Assembly (NCBI GenBank): GCA_000697335.1
Contig: JNEM01010568.1
Span: 1-43,195, forward strand
Length of the DNA: 43,195 nt
Direction: 5' to 3'
Source: Conidiobolus incongruus B7586
Lineage: Eukaryota
In this document: positions 23,751-37,949 of the stretch, in pieces
Position numbering within the stretch: the stretch's first letter is position 1
Layout of the letters: each line of letters begins with the position of its first letter
Position numbers and translations under genes: made by a program
The notes under the pieces: generated by a model
Told to the model about the DNA's origin: nothing
Databases searched by the model: none
What the model saw: the letters and a program-made list of their open reading frames with translations, nothing else

Positions 23751-26290
23751 CTTTAATCAAATATTAACAATCCAGACTATTTTTCAAATAATTTTCAAAT
23801 TTTATTGAAATTTATATAAAAATTAATCAAAATTGAAAATATAAAATTCATTAATGTTATATGAAATAATAAGATATTTTTAATATTTTGATTTTTTCTT
23901 TTAATTAGTATTTCTGGAATCTCCATTAATTTTTAATATGCCTATCAGTATTTAATTAAAGTTTATATAAACTGCTACTTGCAATATATATATATATATA
24001 TATATACAACCTTATAAAATTAATTAATACAAAATAATATATTATTAAACATTTTATTATTTCTAGTCAAATATAAACAATTTTTATTATATTTGCCTTC
24101 AAAATACAAAAACAAGTTTGAATTTTATTAAATAATAGTAACTGTTAAGATAAAGGTGGAATAAAAGTTATATAAATTTCAAGTGGATATAATCTTTGTT
24201 ATATATTTAAACTCAAATAAATCTAGGTAATAAGAAAAAAAAATCGAAGTTAAAAAATATATTATATAAAAGTTTAAATACAAAATAACCTTAAATAATA
24301 AGTTTAAGGTCCTAAATAAAAATATTTAGATATAAAATTATTTGGGATATTGGTTAATTACTTAATTACAATTACTATAGTTCTGGATTTTATTAATATA
24401 AATATATAAAAATTTATGTTTGAAGTCTTCATTGCTTATAAAATAGGCTTTATTATTATAAATTCATATTTTTTGAATTTATTTATAAATGGAAAATAAA
24501 TTTTTTAATATTTAATTAATATATCAAAAAAATTTTTTTAATTAAAAATTAATAAATTTAATTTTAATAATATACAACTATTGATGTAACTATTATTAAC
24601 CAATTAAATTTAATAAAGGAAAAGAAAATTTATTTAAAATATCATTTATTATCAACTATAGAAATAAATATATTAATATAGATTATTATATAAAGATACT
24701 GGTTGTTATTAATAGTTTCATTTAATATTAGAGATAATGAAATAAATAATCATTACATATAAATAATATTAATTTTTTATATACAATCAAAAGTCATGTT
24801 TAAATTAAAAATATATAATATAATAAATTTGAATTAATATTTATTATTCAAAATTGACAATATTTTTAATTATCTATTTTGATAATATCAAGACCAAAAA
24901 AATATGAATTGATCTCTGGTTCAGGGAGCCATAAATAATATCCCGCTAGAGTATTAAATATATGAAAAGCCATTATAACTATCGAAACCTTATATACAAA
25001 TTCAATCTTAATACCAATTTAAGGTTCCAAAATTTTATAAAAAAAGGTTAACATAAATAAGAAAAAGTAGAGTGTCATATATAATCCTCAAAGAACTAAT
25101 CAAAGATTATGGTCAATTTTGTCTAATTTATTAATTGTGGTAATATTAAGAAACCAATTTTAAACTATTTATTAAATATATTTTTTGATAATAAAAATAT
25201 GATATGTTTATTATAAAGTTATTATATTACTAATCAATATAGATATTTTATTTAAAATATTGTTTTTAAATAAACAAGATATTTATACTAAACTAGAGGA
25301 AAAAAGGAATATTAATCTAATAATTAGAAATTATTATAAACTCCTTTATTATTAAGTTTCTTAAATAAACTTTTAATATTTATAATTATGAGATATATAA
25401 AAGTATATTACCATATATAATAAGATAAATTATATATTTAAATTATTGCTATAATAATTAAATTATGTTTGTTTTTTAAAGTAATATTCAATATATAATA
25501 TTAATATTTTTTGATATCAATAGAAATTAATAATAATAACTAAGTTTTTGAATATAATTAAAGTATATTATATTTCATATCAACTTTTTTTATATTCAAA
25601 ATAAATTTATTATAACTATTAATAAAAAATAATTTTAGGATTTTATATAGTATGTAATAATTTATTATTTTATTTATAATTTAAAATATAATAAAAAATA
25701 ATAAATTATATATTAAAAGTAAAATTATATAATCAATATTAAAATAGTCATAATATATACTTAAATAAAGTTTACTTAATAAAATAAAATAATACCTTTG
25801 GTGCAAGATATATTATCTATAAAATATATCGCAATTGTATATATTTATACTTATATTTTTAAATAAAGAAAATTTTTTAATTAAACTTAATATAATATTA
25901 AAATGGATCAAGTCATTATAATTGTTAAATTATATATTTTTTTGCTATCCAATAATTAATCAAATTAGTTTTTCAAAATTAATACTAAAATTACTCCCTT
26001 ATAGTCTTCACACTCCATATAAACTTATATAAGGGTAATTAAATTTAACCAACTTCAGCTGAGTTCAATTATAAACATTTAGTTTTTATATCTAATTTTT
26101 GAATAAATTATTAATATTCTTATAATATAAAGATTAAATCATTATAAATTAAAAATATCAAACTTAAAATAATTTCTATAATTTTATCTTAAATATATAG
26201 TTTAAAAAATAAATAAATAAATAAATAAATTTTATAATTTAATAATTATTAAATTAATTTTTAATTAAATAAAATAAAAATAATTCATGA

Positions 26291-26298
26291 TGACGTCA
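26291..26298. promoter_or_regulatory. CRE/ATF palindrome TGACGTCA
   Basis: Perfect palindrome, isolated in near-pure AT sequence about 105 nt upstream of the F-box/RCC1 ATG. Confidence 0.5.
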
Positions 26299-26402
26299 TA
26301 AAAACTTAAATTAATTTTTATTTAAAAAAAATTAATATTTTTATTAATATATTTTATTTTATTTTTCTCAATTTTTCAAAATAATAAATACAATTATATA
26401 TA

Positions 26403-27883
26403 ATGAATGATAAAGAATTAAACAATATTGAACAATCTAATCAAGGACCATCTTTGGAAATAAATGATTTACCACACAGTGTTCTTGTTTCAATTGCTAA
26501 GCAAGTTAGCAGTCTTAAACAACTACTGGAATTAAGATTGTTAAACCGCGCTTGGAAAAGAGTGATTGATGATGAAGAGGTATGGTTCCACAGAATAAAA
26601 ACCACCTTTCAACTCAACTTTGCTCAGAGATACTTACATGAAGTCGGGCGCAAAAAAAGTTATAAAATGCTCTTTCGTGCACTTCAGAATCCTGAAGTTT
26701 TCGTTTGGGGACAGTCTGGTAATTCAAGATTAGGTCTATCGTGGGATGTGCTAAGGTCTTATAATGCGTGGAGCGAACTCGTCACCCCTGTCAGACTTGA
26801 TGCTCTATCTGGAAAAGGAGTTGCTAAGATTATTTGTGGAGGATGGATGATGTTAGCTTTAACTCACACTGGTGACGTTTACTTTTGGGGTACCTTTGAT
26901 CCAGAAAGTTTTATAGGTAACCATCACTTGCCAATTCAAAAACCTGTCAAGCTTGATCTCTTCCAAGGCGAATCTATTCAGCAGCTTGTTTGTGGCAGAG
27001 CACACGCTGTTGCACTTTCATCTAAAGGTAAAATAATTCTATTACGCAGCAATTTAATCTAAGAATTTTATTTATTATTATAGGCTCAGTATTTGAGTTA
27101 ACTTCATTTACTTTCTCAACTCAAATCCCAATAGAAACTAAAATCAAACAACTTGCAGGTGGCTGGGGCTACACATTAGCTTTGCTAGAAGACAATACAT
27201 TAATTAAATGGAACCAAGGAATTGGTAAAAACCACAGATATAACAGATTAACTGTTAATTTGAATGAAGACGAGAAATTCATAAAGATTGGAGGTGGTCA
27301 GGGGTTCTCGATGGCATTAACTGATCAATCCAGAGTGTTTTACTGGATTCATCAACAAAATCATGATGAACAGCGAGATGACGACCCTGAAGATGATTTT
27401 GAAGATGGATTTGATGAAGAGGAAGAAGAAGAAGAAGGTGATACTTTAACCTTGAAAAAACTTGATCATTTTACATTCAATCGTGAAGAAGTAGGTCATC
27501 AACTCTTAGGTTTTCCCAACATTTCCAGTACTATTACTCATTTAAATGTACACTTCCTCAAATTTGCATTGATGACATCAGATGGTCATGTATGGTTGGG
27601 TGAATTTAGCGAAGAACCTATTCCTATCGTTAAGCTCAGTAACACAATTCATCAATCGCTTCAAAATAAAGGCGTTTGTCAAGTTAGTTTTGGCGACTGG
27701 CATCAAGCCGCCCTTCTTGAGAATGGTGAATTGCTGACATGGGGTGAACACGGATTGGGTCATGAACAACATCGTTTATCACTCTCAGATCCTAAAACGG
27801 TTGAATATTTCAAGGATAAGTATTTTGTTTTCTATGTATCATGTGCTGGTTGGCATACTGCTGCATTGGCTGTTGAAATTTAA
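26403..27883 (+). CDS. F-box + RCC1-repeat protein (Saf1/Pof9-like SCF adaptor), 474 aa. Exons 26403-27027, 27084-27883.
   Basis: F-box INDLPHSVLVSIA...LRLLNRAWKRVIDDEEVW. RCC1 repeats include VFVWGQSGNSRLG, ICGGWMMLALT..GDVYFWG, VSFGDWHQAALLENGELLTWG and AGWHTAAL. Contains an acidic insertion. Confidence 0.88.
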
Positions 27884-30800
27884 TTGAATAATTCTAATTA
27901 ATTCTAATACTTTTTATTTTAATTATTAAATGCTATTCATTTGTATATATTCATTGCTTATCAAATAATTTATATTACTTGATCTATTCATTCCATAAAT
28001 AATTAGCCATCATATATATATATATATATATCTTTAATATCAACAAACTCATAAATTTAAGTTTTTTAATTTTTTTTTGATTTGAATGTAATGTTTTAAA
28101 ATTTATATGGTACAGATATCAATTTAATTTATACAATTATTTGAAAGAATAAAAAGTGCAGTTGGTATATATATATTCCCAAGCAAGATTTTATAATCGA
28201 GATATTATTCAAGTTTAAAACACTTATATTTTTGTGATAAGATCTGAATTTTATAGTATATTTGACTTCAAATTTTTTATCATATATATTATAATCCAAT
28301 ATATTAATATCTTGAGTTTCTTTGCTAACTTGTAAAGTTATATTAAGAAATATTAATTATCACGAACAACTTATTATTCACTGTTTTTATATAAGAATCA
28401 TTAAAAAAATAGATAAAATTGAGTATTAATATTTTTATAATATATATCTTAAAATTCAGATAATTAATATTTTAGTGATTATCTTAATTTTAGACCAATA
28501 TTAAAATAATTTTTAGTTTCACTTGATATTACTATTCATTTTCAATATTTACTTCAATAATTGTAACAATAAAAAAATTTTAAACAATGAAAATATTTAA
28601 TATTTTAAATTAATTTCATATAAATATATATTTTAAAATAATTTATTTTCACTATTGAAAATTTCAAAATTATACACATATATAAGTAGTAATTAGATAT
28701 ATTATAAGAGTAAATAAAGTAATTTTCAATTTTATTTGTTAACTCAGACAATTGAATAAAATAAATATCATTTAATTACTAAACAACAATCTGGTACTTT
28801 ATTCATATATTACAATATAATATATCATAACTAAAATATTCAATTAAATAATTTTAAGCTTTAAAACTAAGTTGTTATAATGGTTTTAAGTGAATACATT
28901 ATATTCTTAGTTAAAATTATTATTAAAAATTTAAAGTGCCAAAAATAAAGTATATAATAAGGTAAATCAACTGATAGTTACTTAGTTATTTAATTAATGT
29001 ACCAATTACTTTTATATTTTAAAATTGCTTTACTAAGTGGCAATTTTTTGAGTGAAATTAAAAAAGAGTATTTTAATCGTTCAATATTAATTTTGAAGAA
29101 CTTTATTGAATACATTATGAATATTAACATTAAACTTATAATATTTAAATCATATTTATTTACTATTATATCTATAAAAAAGTATTAATTACTTTAAATT
29201 TTTTTAAAATGAAATTTTGAAAAATTAATTGTTATTTGATGCATAATTTTATGATTGAGTGATAGTAGTATTATATGTAATAATTATATATTAAATTTGT
29301 TTCACCAATTAAATATTTAGTAGCGCATATTATATAAACTCCAACTTAAAAAATATCATTCCATAGTAAAATATGTATTCATTGTAAATATTCAATATAT
29401 GAACAGTCATAACACAACATAAAGATCAACTGAAATAGAATTTATTAAATTACAATTTATGAAATCATGTCAAATTCAGTTATTTTAAAATTATTGTAAT
29501 TCTTTTGCTTTGAATTTATCATATCTAAGAAATCAAAAGATTGAATTCACTTTAATGATTGATGAATAGATCGAATGGCATATTACCAACATAAAAGATT
29601 AATATTATATACTTAAAATAAAAACACTATTCTAAAACCTGTTCACGTTAATGAATTAAAATTAATATATTGAAATGAAAACCAAATTATTTAGTTTATG
29701 AGAATGATTTTTGGTAGTATTTAAATTAAATTTGGATAAATTTTCAAACTTATTAATACTCAGTTTGATATCTTAATCATAACACCTATCCTTTCAACTT
29801 TTTTTTGAAATTTTTATTTTCATAATAAAAATTTTATGATTATTAATTTAAATTGATAAAAATGTCTAATGTAATAAAATGGTGCTATTTTCAAGTTCAT
29901 CTGTTACAGTAAATCCTCACCAATGAAAAGGATTCAAATATAATATCAAGAGGCTAAAGTTTATATTAATTTTAATAACTGTGCAACTTAATTAGCATTG
30001 CAAAACTTGAGTCGAAATGAAACTGTCAATTTAATTTTTATCCGTCATAATTAATTATTAGCAACTGAAATCATGGTTGAGAAATGTGCTCTGATTAGGT
30101 ATCACATAAGTTTAGACTTATTTGGCATTTGGCCGATATTTATATTAATAATTAATAATTTGAATTTTTATAATATATTGATAGCCGTTGTTGTACTGTA
30201 TAAATTAATTAAAAATATTATTATCACACTTATAAATATATGAGCTTTTTTCTATTTTGAAACCAAATGAATTGAGTATTATACATAATATAGTAAGCAG
30301 TATATTTATCAATATTTAAAAAATTTTAGATTGAATTATCAAAATTGACTATATCATGTTTGTTTCAGTAAAATCAAATATAATAATTTAAAAGAGCTTA
30401 AAGAAAGATATTAGATCATATAATAAATTCTAAATCACTATTATAATAATCCAGAATTTTCAAATAATCGTTTTTATATTTCATCATCTATTGGATAAAG
30501 TGCATTACTAATGTATGAAGTAAATTACTTGTTACAAAGGAATGAAGTTTTATAATATTGAAGAGGTGACATTATTTATCATAACTAGAAAATCTTGTCA
30601 AAATAAAAGGCTTTTGAACAAATTATGATAGATTTACATTTATCATAAATAAGATGTATAATCTTAGATTTTTTTTAAAAATGATTTGATTTTTTATCAA
30701 TCAAGTTCTAAACATATTAAACTCAGTTCAAATCAACTATATTTTTGATATATTTTAAGAAATTAACGTGGTAAATAATATTATATTTTACTAACAACTT

Positions 30801-32309
30801 GATTAATAAAATACAACTTGAAAAATTTTATAATATACCAATACTAAAAATAGACATATTTAATTATTTTGAATAAAAATTAATAGCCGAGATTCTATCA
30901 GTTTTTAAAATAAACTTTCAGATATTGGATAATTAAATTAATTAGAATAATATAATTGGTTAAAATTATTAAAATTGATAATTTTAAATTATATGAGAAT
31001 TATTTTTAAAAGAGGAAGATTTTGAGAAATAATTATGATCCACCATTTTGGAAATATTCATCCACTAAATAAGAGCTTTAAAAATTGACATTTTAGTAAA
31101 TTATATTATAAATTGAGAGAAAAATTTTTATTTGTAAAATTTTCTAAACTTAGATTTTTTAAAAAATTTACATTTACTAAATTGATTGAGAGTAGAAATC
31201 AATATCTCACATGGCAAACTATATATATGTGGTTTTATGTTCGATTCAGCATATTGTTAGTATTTCCTAGACCATTCACTTATGAGGATTTTTTGTCATT
31301 TGAACATATTGATATTTTGAAGTCAAGAATTTTAGAGTTATATGAGACATATACTGGTTTAATATAGTTAAATGCCTTTCACATGGTTTAAATCATTCAG
31401 AATTTTTTTAAAGATATTCTATATCAATTTCGTATTAAATATATCAAATTGAGGGTCATCAGTATTATTTATAAAAATATCTGCTGTGATATTCTGTAGC
31501 ATATAAGCATAGGCAAATACAGTTAACCAATTTATTAGTATATTATTTCAAATTGCGTGAAATTTTTTGAATAAACCGCACCTTGAGCCTTATATATGGT
31601 GTAGCCTATATGTATTGTTAATTGCCAAACATTTTAAATGGCAACGAATATTTTCAATATGTATATGTTTTTTGAATAGATTAAATTAGTGATATGTTGC
31701 ATAATATAAACTATCATTATATTATTTTCAATTAATACAAATTTTATAGCCAATAATCCACATTCAAAAAAAGAATTTGACAGTTGAAAGACTTATTTGA
31801 CATTTATAGTCTCATATATTTATTAAAAAAATTTAGATGAATGAAGAGTTTATCAAGAATTATTCGGTTAGTGTAACTTGAGATACCATCAATAAATGAA
31901 ATGGACAAATGATAGGCGAATTTGGCCAGAAATGGTGTAATATCTGAAATAGAGTGAAAAACTATATCAGGTTTGGTATCACTTAAACTAGAATCATCTC
32001 ATAATCCTATTGCCTCTCTCGACATTTGATTTTTAACTAAATTTTCACTAATTTTAACAATGAATTTATTGGTCATTTCAATTCTCCTTCAATATTCGGT
32101 TTTTCCACACATCTTTGCCAAATAAACCTTAACATTCAACTATCCAATATCCTATAAATACCTATTATCTGTTCTTCATTAACAAGATTTGAATAGTTGG
32201 AATAGTTAAAATAAACTTATTATCTAATATTTAAATTTATCAAAAAGAACTTCAAATTCCATTGTTCCATTTAATCAAATTCATAAATAAAAATATTAAT
32301 TGAGCAGTG

Positions 32310-35300
32310 ATGAAACCATTGTTCCTGAATAATTCTCTATTTAACAAACCCAAATCACCTTCAACTACCTCACCTGTTCCTTCTACTCCAACCACTCCTC
32401 TCTCTGCAACCCTTCCCAACCACTCCTTCACTTCTGATTACTCGAGCTCCACTCTCCCTCGAACTGATCTTTGCATCTACATTGCCATATGCGATCACCT
32501 CACAGATGATCCTACTCTGCTTAGGTTTAAACAGGGTGACCATATTAAAGTAACAAATAAACTTCCGAGTGGGTGGTGGGAAGGTCATTTAGTGAATTCA
32601 TTTGATGCAGACAATTTCGCCGTTGCTCCAGGTCAGCCTATGGGGCTTCCATTTGATATAGAACCAACAAAAGGATTTTTTCCAGGCAAATTTGTATCAG
32701 AACTTGAGGACGAAGTTAAGAACTATGACATTACACCGTCTTTGAAGGTATTCAATTTTTGGTCAAAATTACGATTATTTACTCTGACAAATTATAGACC
32801 CCTACTTTAGAAATTGGAAATCCAATGATTATGACATCCAAAAAAAGTACATATGAACAATCCATTATTTCTAAGCGAAAACATTCAAATTTTTCTGATA
32901 CACCTGCCGAAATTGAATCTGCTTCACTTAATTTGTCTATTGATATGTCTTATATTAATGAACTCAAAGAAGCATTGGCCTCTGGAGGGGGTGCCAAAGG
33001 TTTGCTTGAAAATGAGTGGGTAGTTGAATTATTTCCAAAAATTAAATCAGAAATCATTCCCGAAAAGGTAAATATATGTATTGAGATCTTTGCTTCAGAA
33101 TATTAAAGTATTCAATCATCGTTTAGCTGTTGCAAAGTGATAAATCATTACCTGATTATTGGATTAAACAATCTTTATCACTACCAATGCAATCACTTTC
33201 CACCTCTTCCACTTCATCAACCTCCTCATTATCTTCTAATGAATCTAGTGAATCATTAACATATTATTTACAATTGATCACTGATGAATCCACCTATATA
33301 TTCCCAGATAGCTGGCTAGGAAATTTATCTGATGTTAACTTAGCTTACAAAGAAAATCAAGATCAGGTATATATCCTCGCATTATTAACTGTTTTCGTTG
33401 ACTAGATAACTTTATAGAACTCTGAAACTTTTTCACGTAGAAATTCAGTTGATTCCATTGCTTCTATTTCTTCAGCTGATAGTGAAACAATTGCCACTTA
33501 TGATCCTATCGCAATACCGCGCCAATATCGCCGTCCTTCGGCTGTTGGTGCTAATTTGGATAGCTTGGAAGTTCAATCCGATCTTTCTTGGGTCAATCTC
33601 TCAACTGAAGTTATTCTTTCTATCAATAAGCTTCGGTCATCAGTTGATGATGGGAATCAATTAGAATATCTACCAAATGCAGGAGAAGTTATCAAATCTA
33701 TTCAAAAACTATTTGAAGGTACTGGTATTACCAATATCAATTCTTCACTCTTCACTAGTCACCCAGAGTTAAAAGACATATATAAGCAATTGGTGGATCT
33801 TCTTGGAAAGATCGTTTTATTATTACTCAACTCAATCAATGTATGGCCTTTACCTGACTTTAAAGATCGATTGAAGACACTTATTCAGCAGGTTTTGGAT
33901 ATGTGTCGATCATTCGTGTCCAAATCCCAGATGGCAAACATCCGCTGTCGAACTCTTAATACAATCCCCTCTCCTATTGCTTCATCCTTTGGAAATGTCA
34001 ATTTAAGACGCGGATCCAAAGATACAAAAGAGCTGGACAGCTGCCCAAGTGATTTGTGCAATAGACTCAATCAGCTTATTTTGATTATCTCTTCTGATGT
34101 TTCAAAGATACAAGGAGTCAATCCAGCCAGTTTTGCACCAACTAACGATGAAAGCTTTGTTGACCAATCTGTACCTATTAATGAACAGATTATCAGTTAT
34201 ATCACCTCCTTACTTAATCATTCTGGAGAGGTACTTGCCGTTGTCGGTGGCATAAGTGTTTCAAATTCTAATACTTCATTATCGGAAAAACATGACTCAA
34301 TTTTGGCTAGTGTATACTGGAAAACTGCTCAACTAGTTATTCATCTTCAATCTATTTCACCATTATTGGACTTTGGTAAATTCTTACCAATTAGAAAGCT
34401 ATGTCGCGAAGTGCACTCTGAATTATTGAAACTTGCTATCCTCTCTAAATTGATCCTCAATGAACAGGCAACACACGATTTTCTACAGATGCATAATGAA
34501 ATTGAGATGGTTAAAATATCTTGTTTCTCGTCCCAAGATACTTCAACTTCAGGCGCCCAAGCACCATGTCCATTTCAGGAATTATGTCGTTTATTAAACA
34601 CTGTACCATCGCGATCTACATTAGTTACTCTGCGTCGAGCCAACTCAAAATCATTAGATACGCCTCGTCTATCAACTAACTTTGAATCTAACTCTAGCGA
34701 TCTATCATCTTCCCCATCTCTCAAAATTCCACCTAAAAACCCTCTCAGATCTAAACCTTCTACTGAAAGTCTAGGAAAGCTTCGTCATACTCAATCTTCA
34801 AATTCATTGAATAGATCTGTATTACCACCAATTCCAGCCAGTCCAGACTTTGTACCGCAACCTGGAGATGTAGTTCCAGCTCCACCAGATATACCACTTC
34901 CTCTCCCACCCACAATTCCCCTTCCTGCACCTCCTGTTCCAAAAAAGAGTTTTGAAATTGATCGTTCTAGTAAGCGCAGTAGCAAGCGAAGTAGCAATAG
35001 ATCAACTAAGCATTTATCTGTTGCGAACTATCTCAATTCTCCAGCCCTTCTAACTGTATTTAACTGCGACCAGCATTGCAGTCAGCACCAATTCAATTTA
35101 TCCAATCGTATTGGAGCTTTCACTCAACAAGAGCCTTGGTTTTACAAGAAGGATTATAGGGAAGAGGACATAGTTTTGGATGACGAGGCAGTTTTGGGAG
35201 CTACGCTCCCTCGTCTTATCGAGTACTTAACCCCTTTTCAGAATCCCAGCCAAGAGTTTATTGAAACCTTCTTACTTACTTACAGAGCATTCACTACCAC

Positions 35301-36438
35301 TGATAATTTTTTTGAATTGTTAATCAAACGATTCACAGATGAATCACCCAGCGAGATTCATCCTCACATGAGAATGGACTATATCAAGAATCGCCTTGGG
35401 CCTATCCGTCAGAGAATTATGGAAGTATTGTGGATTTGGCTCGATTCTCACTTCCACGATGACGAGATTGAAGCAATAGAGCGCCTTGAAGAATTTGCTA
35501 ATACAGTGATGATCAAAGTAGTACCAGAACAAGGGCGCAATTTCATTACTCTACTAAAGCGTCGCACAAAAAAATCCAATGATGAATCCACCTTCTTCTA
35601 TAAACCATGGGGTACTAAAGTTAAGCGTTTGAAATTAGATATTCATGAGCTCCATCCAGTTGAGTTTGCACATCAATTAACTATGCTCGAAAGTTTCCAT
35701 TTTAAGAATATTGATCCTCGCCAACTTATAAATATTGAATGGGAGAAGCCACTTAGCTCGATAAACTTCCACATCCAAGCCTTGATGTATATTTCTAACA
35801 GTATCTCCAGTTGGGTTACCAAATCCATTACTGACTCAAAAAACAACAATCGCAGAGCTGCCATTATTAGATTTTTTGTACAACTTGGTTCTCATTTACG
35901 TGTTCTGAATAATTTTAACGGCCTCATGTCAGTTTTGGCTGGGTTCAACGCAATCCCAGCCCATGATCTCACACCCATGTGGGCGCTTGTAGACTCTGAA
36001 ACCCGTGAAATCGCAGTGCGTCTCACCCGCATCATGGATCCCCATCTTAATTTTGCCAAATACCGTGAAATATTAGGTCAGACAACGCGCTCCTGCGTTC
36101 CTTTCCTTGGAGTATTCCTTAGTGATCTCAAATTTATCGAGGAAAACAATCCCAATTACTTGCCTGACAACCCAGAGTTAATTAATTTTGACAAACAAAA
36201 GAAGGTTGCAGTAGTAATTAAAGAAATGAGACGATTACAAAAAGATCAAGCTAGTCTTAATTTCAAATTCTACAAACCATTCCAAGATTATCTTCATACA
36301 TTAATGTCAAAAGGCGAAATTATTAATCCAATGTATACCACCCTTAAAGATTTCGACCCCAAGCTTGCACATCTCAAAGTCAAGAGCGGTACATTTTCCA
36401 TGGATAACTTCTTAAGTGAGACTGGTATGCTCATTTAA
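32310..36438 (+). CDS. Cdc25-like Ras guanine-nucleotide exchange factor (SH3, degenerate WW, REM, RasGEF), about 1322 aa. Exons 32310-32747, 32798-33067, 33127-33366, 33418-36438.
   Basis: SH3 (LRFKQGDHIKVTNKLPSGWWEG...KGFFPGKFV), REM (GATLPRLIEYLT...FLLTYRAFTT) and RasGEF (LNNFNGLMSV, CVPFLGVFLSDLKFIEENNP, INFDK). Three phase-0 introns. Confidence 0.92.
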
Positions 36439-37319
36439 TCATTTTTAGACTTCTGAATTGCCATCATTTCAATAATTTACACCTCCATCCTTAAAATCTA
36501 ATCAATTGCCAATGAGTCTACCAACATTATTTTGATATATTAAGCTTTACTGGACTAATTAATTTGAAATTTAACCATTTCAATTATTTATTAAAGCTAA
36601 TAATAAAAATTATTAATTAACCACAATTTATTAAGATTATTTAAATACTTAAATTGGTATTAACATATCTAAATGATATAATTAATAATTTTGTTGATAT
36701 CTGTCTAATTTTTCAATGTAATTAATGTAACTTATATTTATATAATATTTTTTAAATTAAATTTGAAATATTTAAAAAAATTATATACAATTCCATGACA
36801 TGTAATTATCAATGTTTGAATTACAATTAATATTGTATTATACTTGTTTAAATAAAGAGAGCGATTTATTAATCAAATTGTTGTATCATGATTTTAATTC
36901 AGTTTCAGTTATCAAGGTTATTTCCAAATTCACATTTACAGCATAATATAAGGATATAAACATTAGATCATATATTCAATCTAAGTAACATGCATATAAA
37001 ATAAAAAAAATGTAAATATTAAGTAAAAAATCTACAAAAATATCAAAAAATGTTAGTTTTGAATTATAATTGCTTATTTTAATTTTCATTAAATTGAATA
37101 AAATAAATGCATTTAGTTTATAAATATGTAATTAGAGTAAAATTTTATAACATGGAATATGATATTTCATTAATTATTATCAATAGATATAAAAAATAAA
37201 TTACTTAATATGAATACTACAGGTGACATTTAAATGATATAATCTAACTGGTTTATTAAATATTTCATTCTCAGTGTAATAAAGAGAATCAAATTAAATA
37301 TATGTCAATATAATAAAAA

Positions 37320-37949
37320 TTAATAGCCCTTACGACCATAATCAGAGTCTCCTCCAGCGTAGGGACTATGGTCATAGCCTTTACCACCTTGGTCACCGTA
37401 TGAATCATCATAACCGCCATGATGTTCGTGGTCATAGTCGCCACCATGGTGGTATCCACCATCTCCTCCGTCATTACCATGGTCATACCAATCATCACCT
37501 CCATTACCACCATCACCGTCATCACCGCGATCATTGTGTTCGTCACCGACACCAGTACCGTCACCTGGATAACCACCACCATTGTCATCACAATCTACAA
37601 GACCAAGTAAAAGACAGATGCCAATATCTATAGGTTTTCCTGGATGATCACCTCCACCGGGAATGATAGGACCAATAGGATCCCAAGGACCTATACCATT
37701 ACCACCATCATCTCCACGGTCGTTGTTTTCATCACCAACGTCAGTGGGTTCAGTAGGACTTCCACCATTGTCACCAGTGTCACTACCGTGAGTTTGACGA
37801 ATGTTACTGATGTTAATATTGTCAGCAGAAGTGTTGCCAGAGCTTAGGATACTGACGGGAATGCGTTTAGCATTGGCCAAATTAAGAACATCCAAGCTGT
37901 AATAGGCTTTGAGAGAGAAGAAGATTACAGAGAGAGTAGCCAATTTCAT
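37320..37949 (-). CDS. Secreted Gly/Asp/His/Tyr-rich low-complexity protein, 209 aa, function unknown
   Basis: ATG followed by a hydrophobic signal-like peptide (MKLATLSVIFFSL) and a KR dibasic site. GC-rich coding bias, and TATATAA upstream on the minus strand near 38031-38037. Confidence 0.8.
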   Translation of the reverse strand: MKLATLSVIFFSLKAYYSLDVLNLANAKRIPVSILSSGNTSADNINISNIRQTHGSDTGDNGGSPTEPTDVGDENNDRGDDGGNGIGPWDPIGPIIPGGGDHPGKPIDIGICLLLGLVDCDDNGGGYPGDGTGVGDEHNDRGDDGDGGNGGDDWYDHGNDGGDGGYHHGGDYDHEHHGGYDDSYGDQGGKGYDHSPYAGGDSDYGRKGY

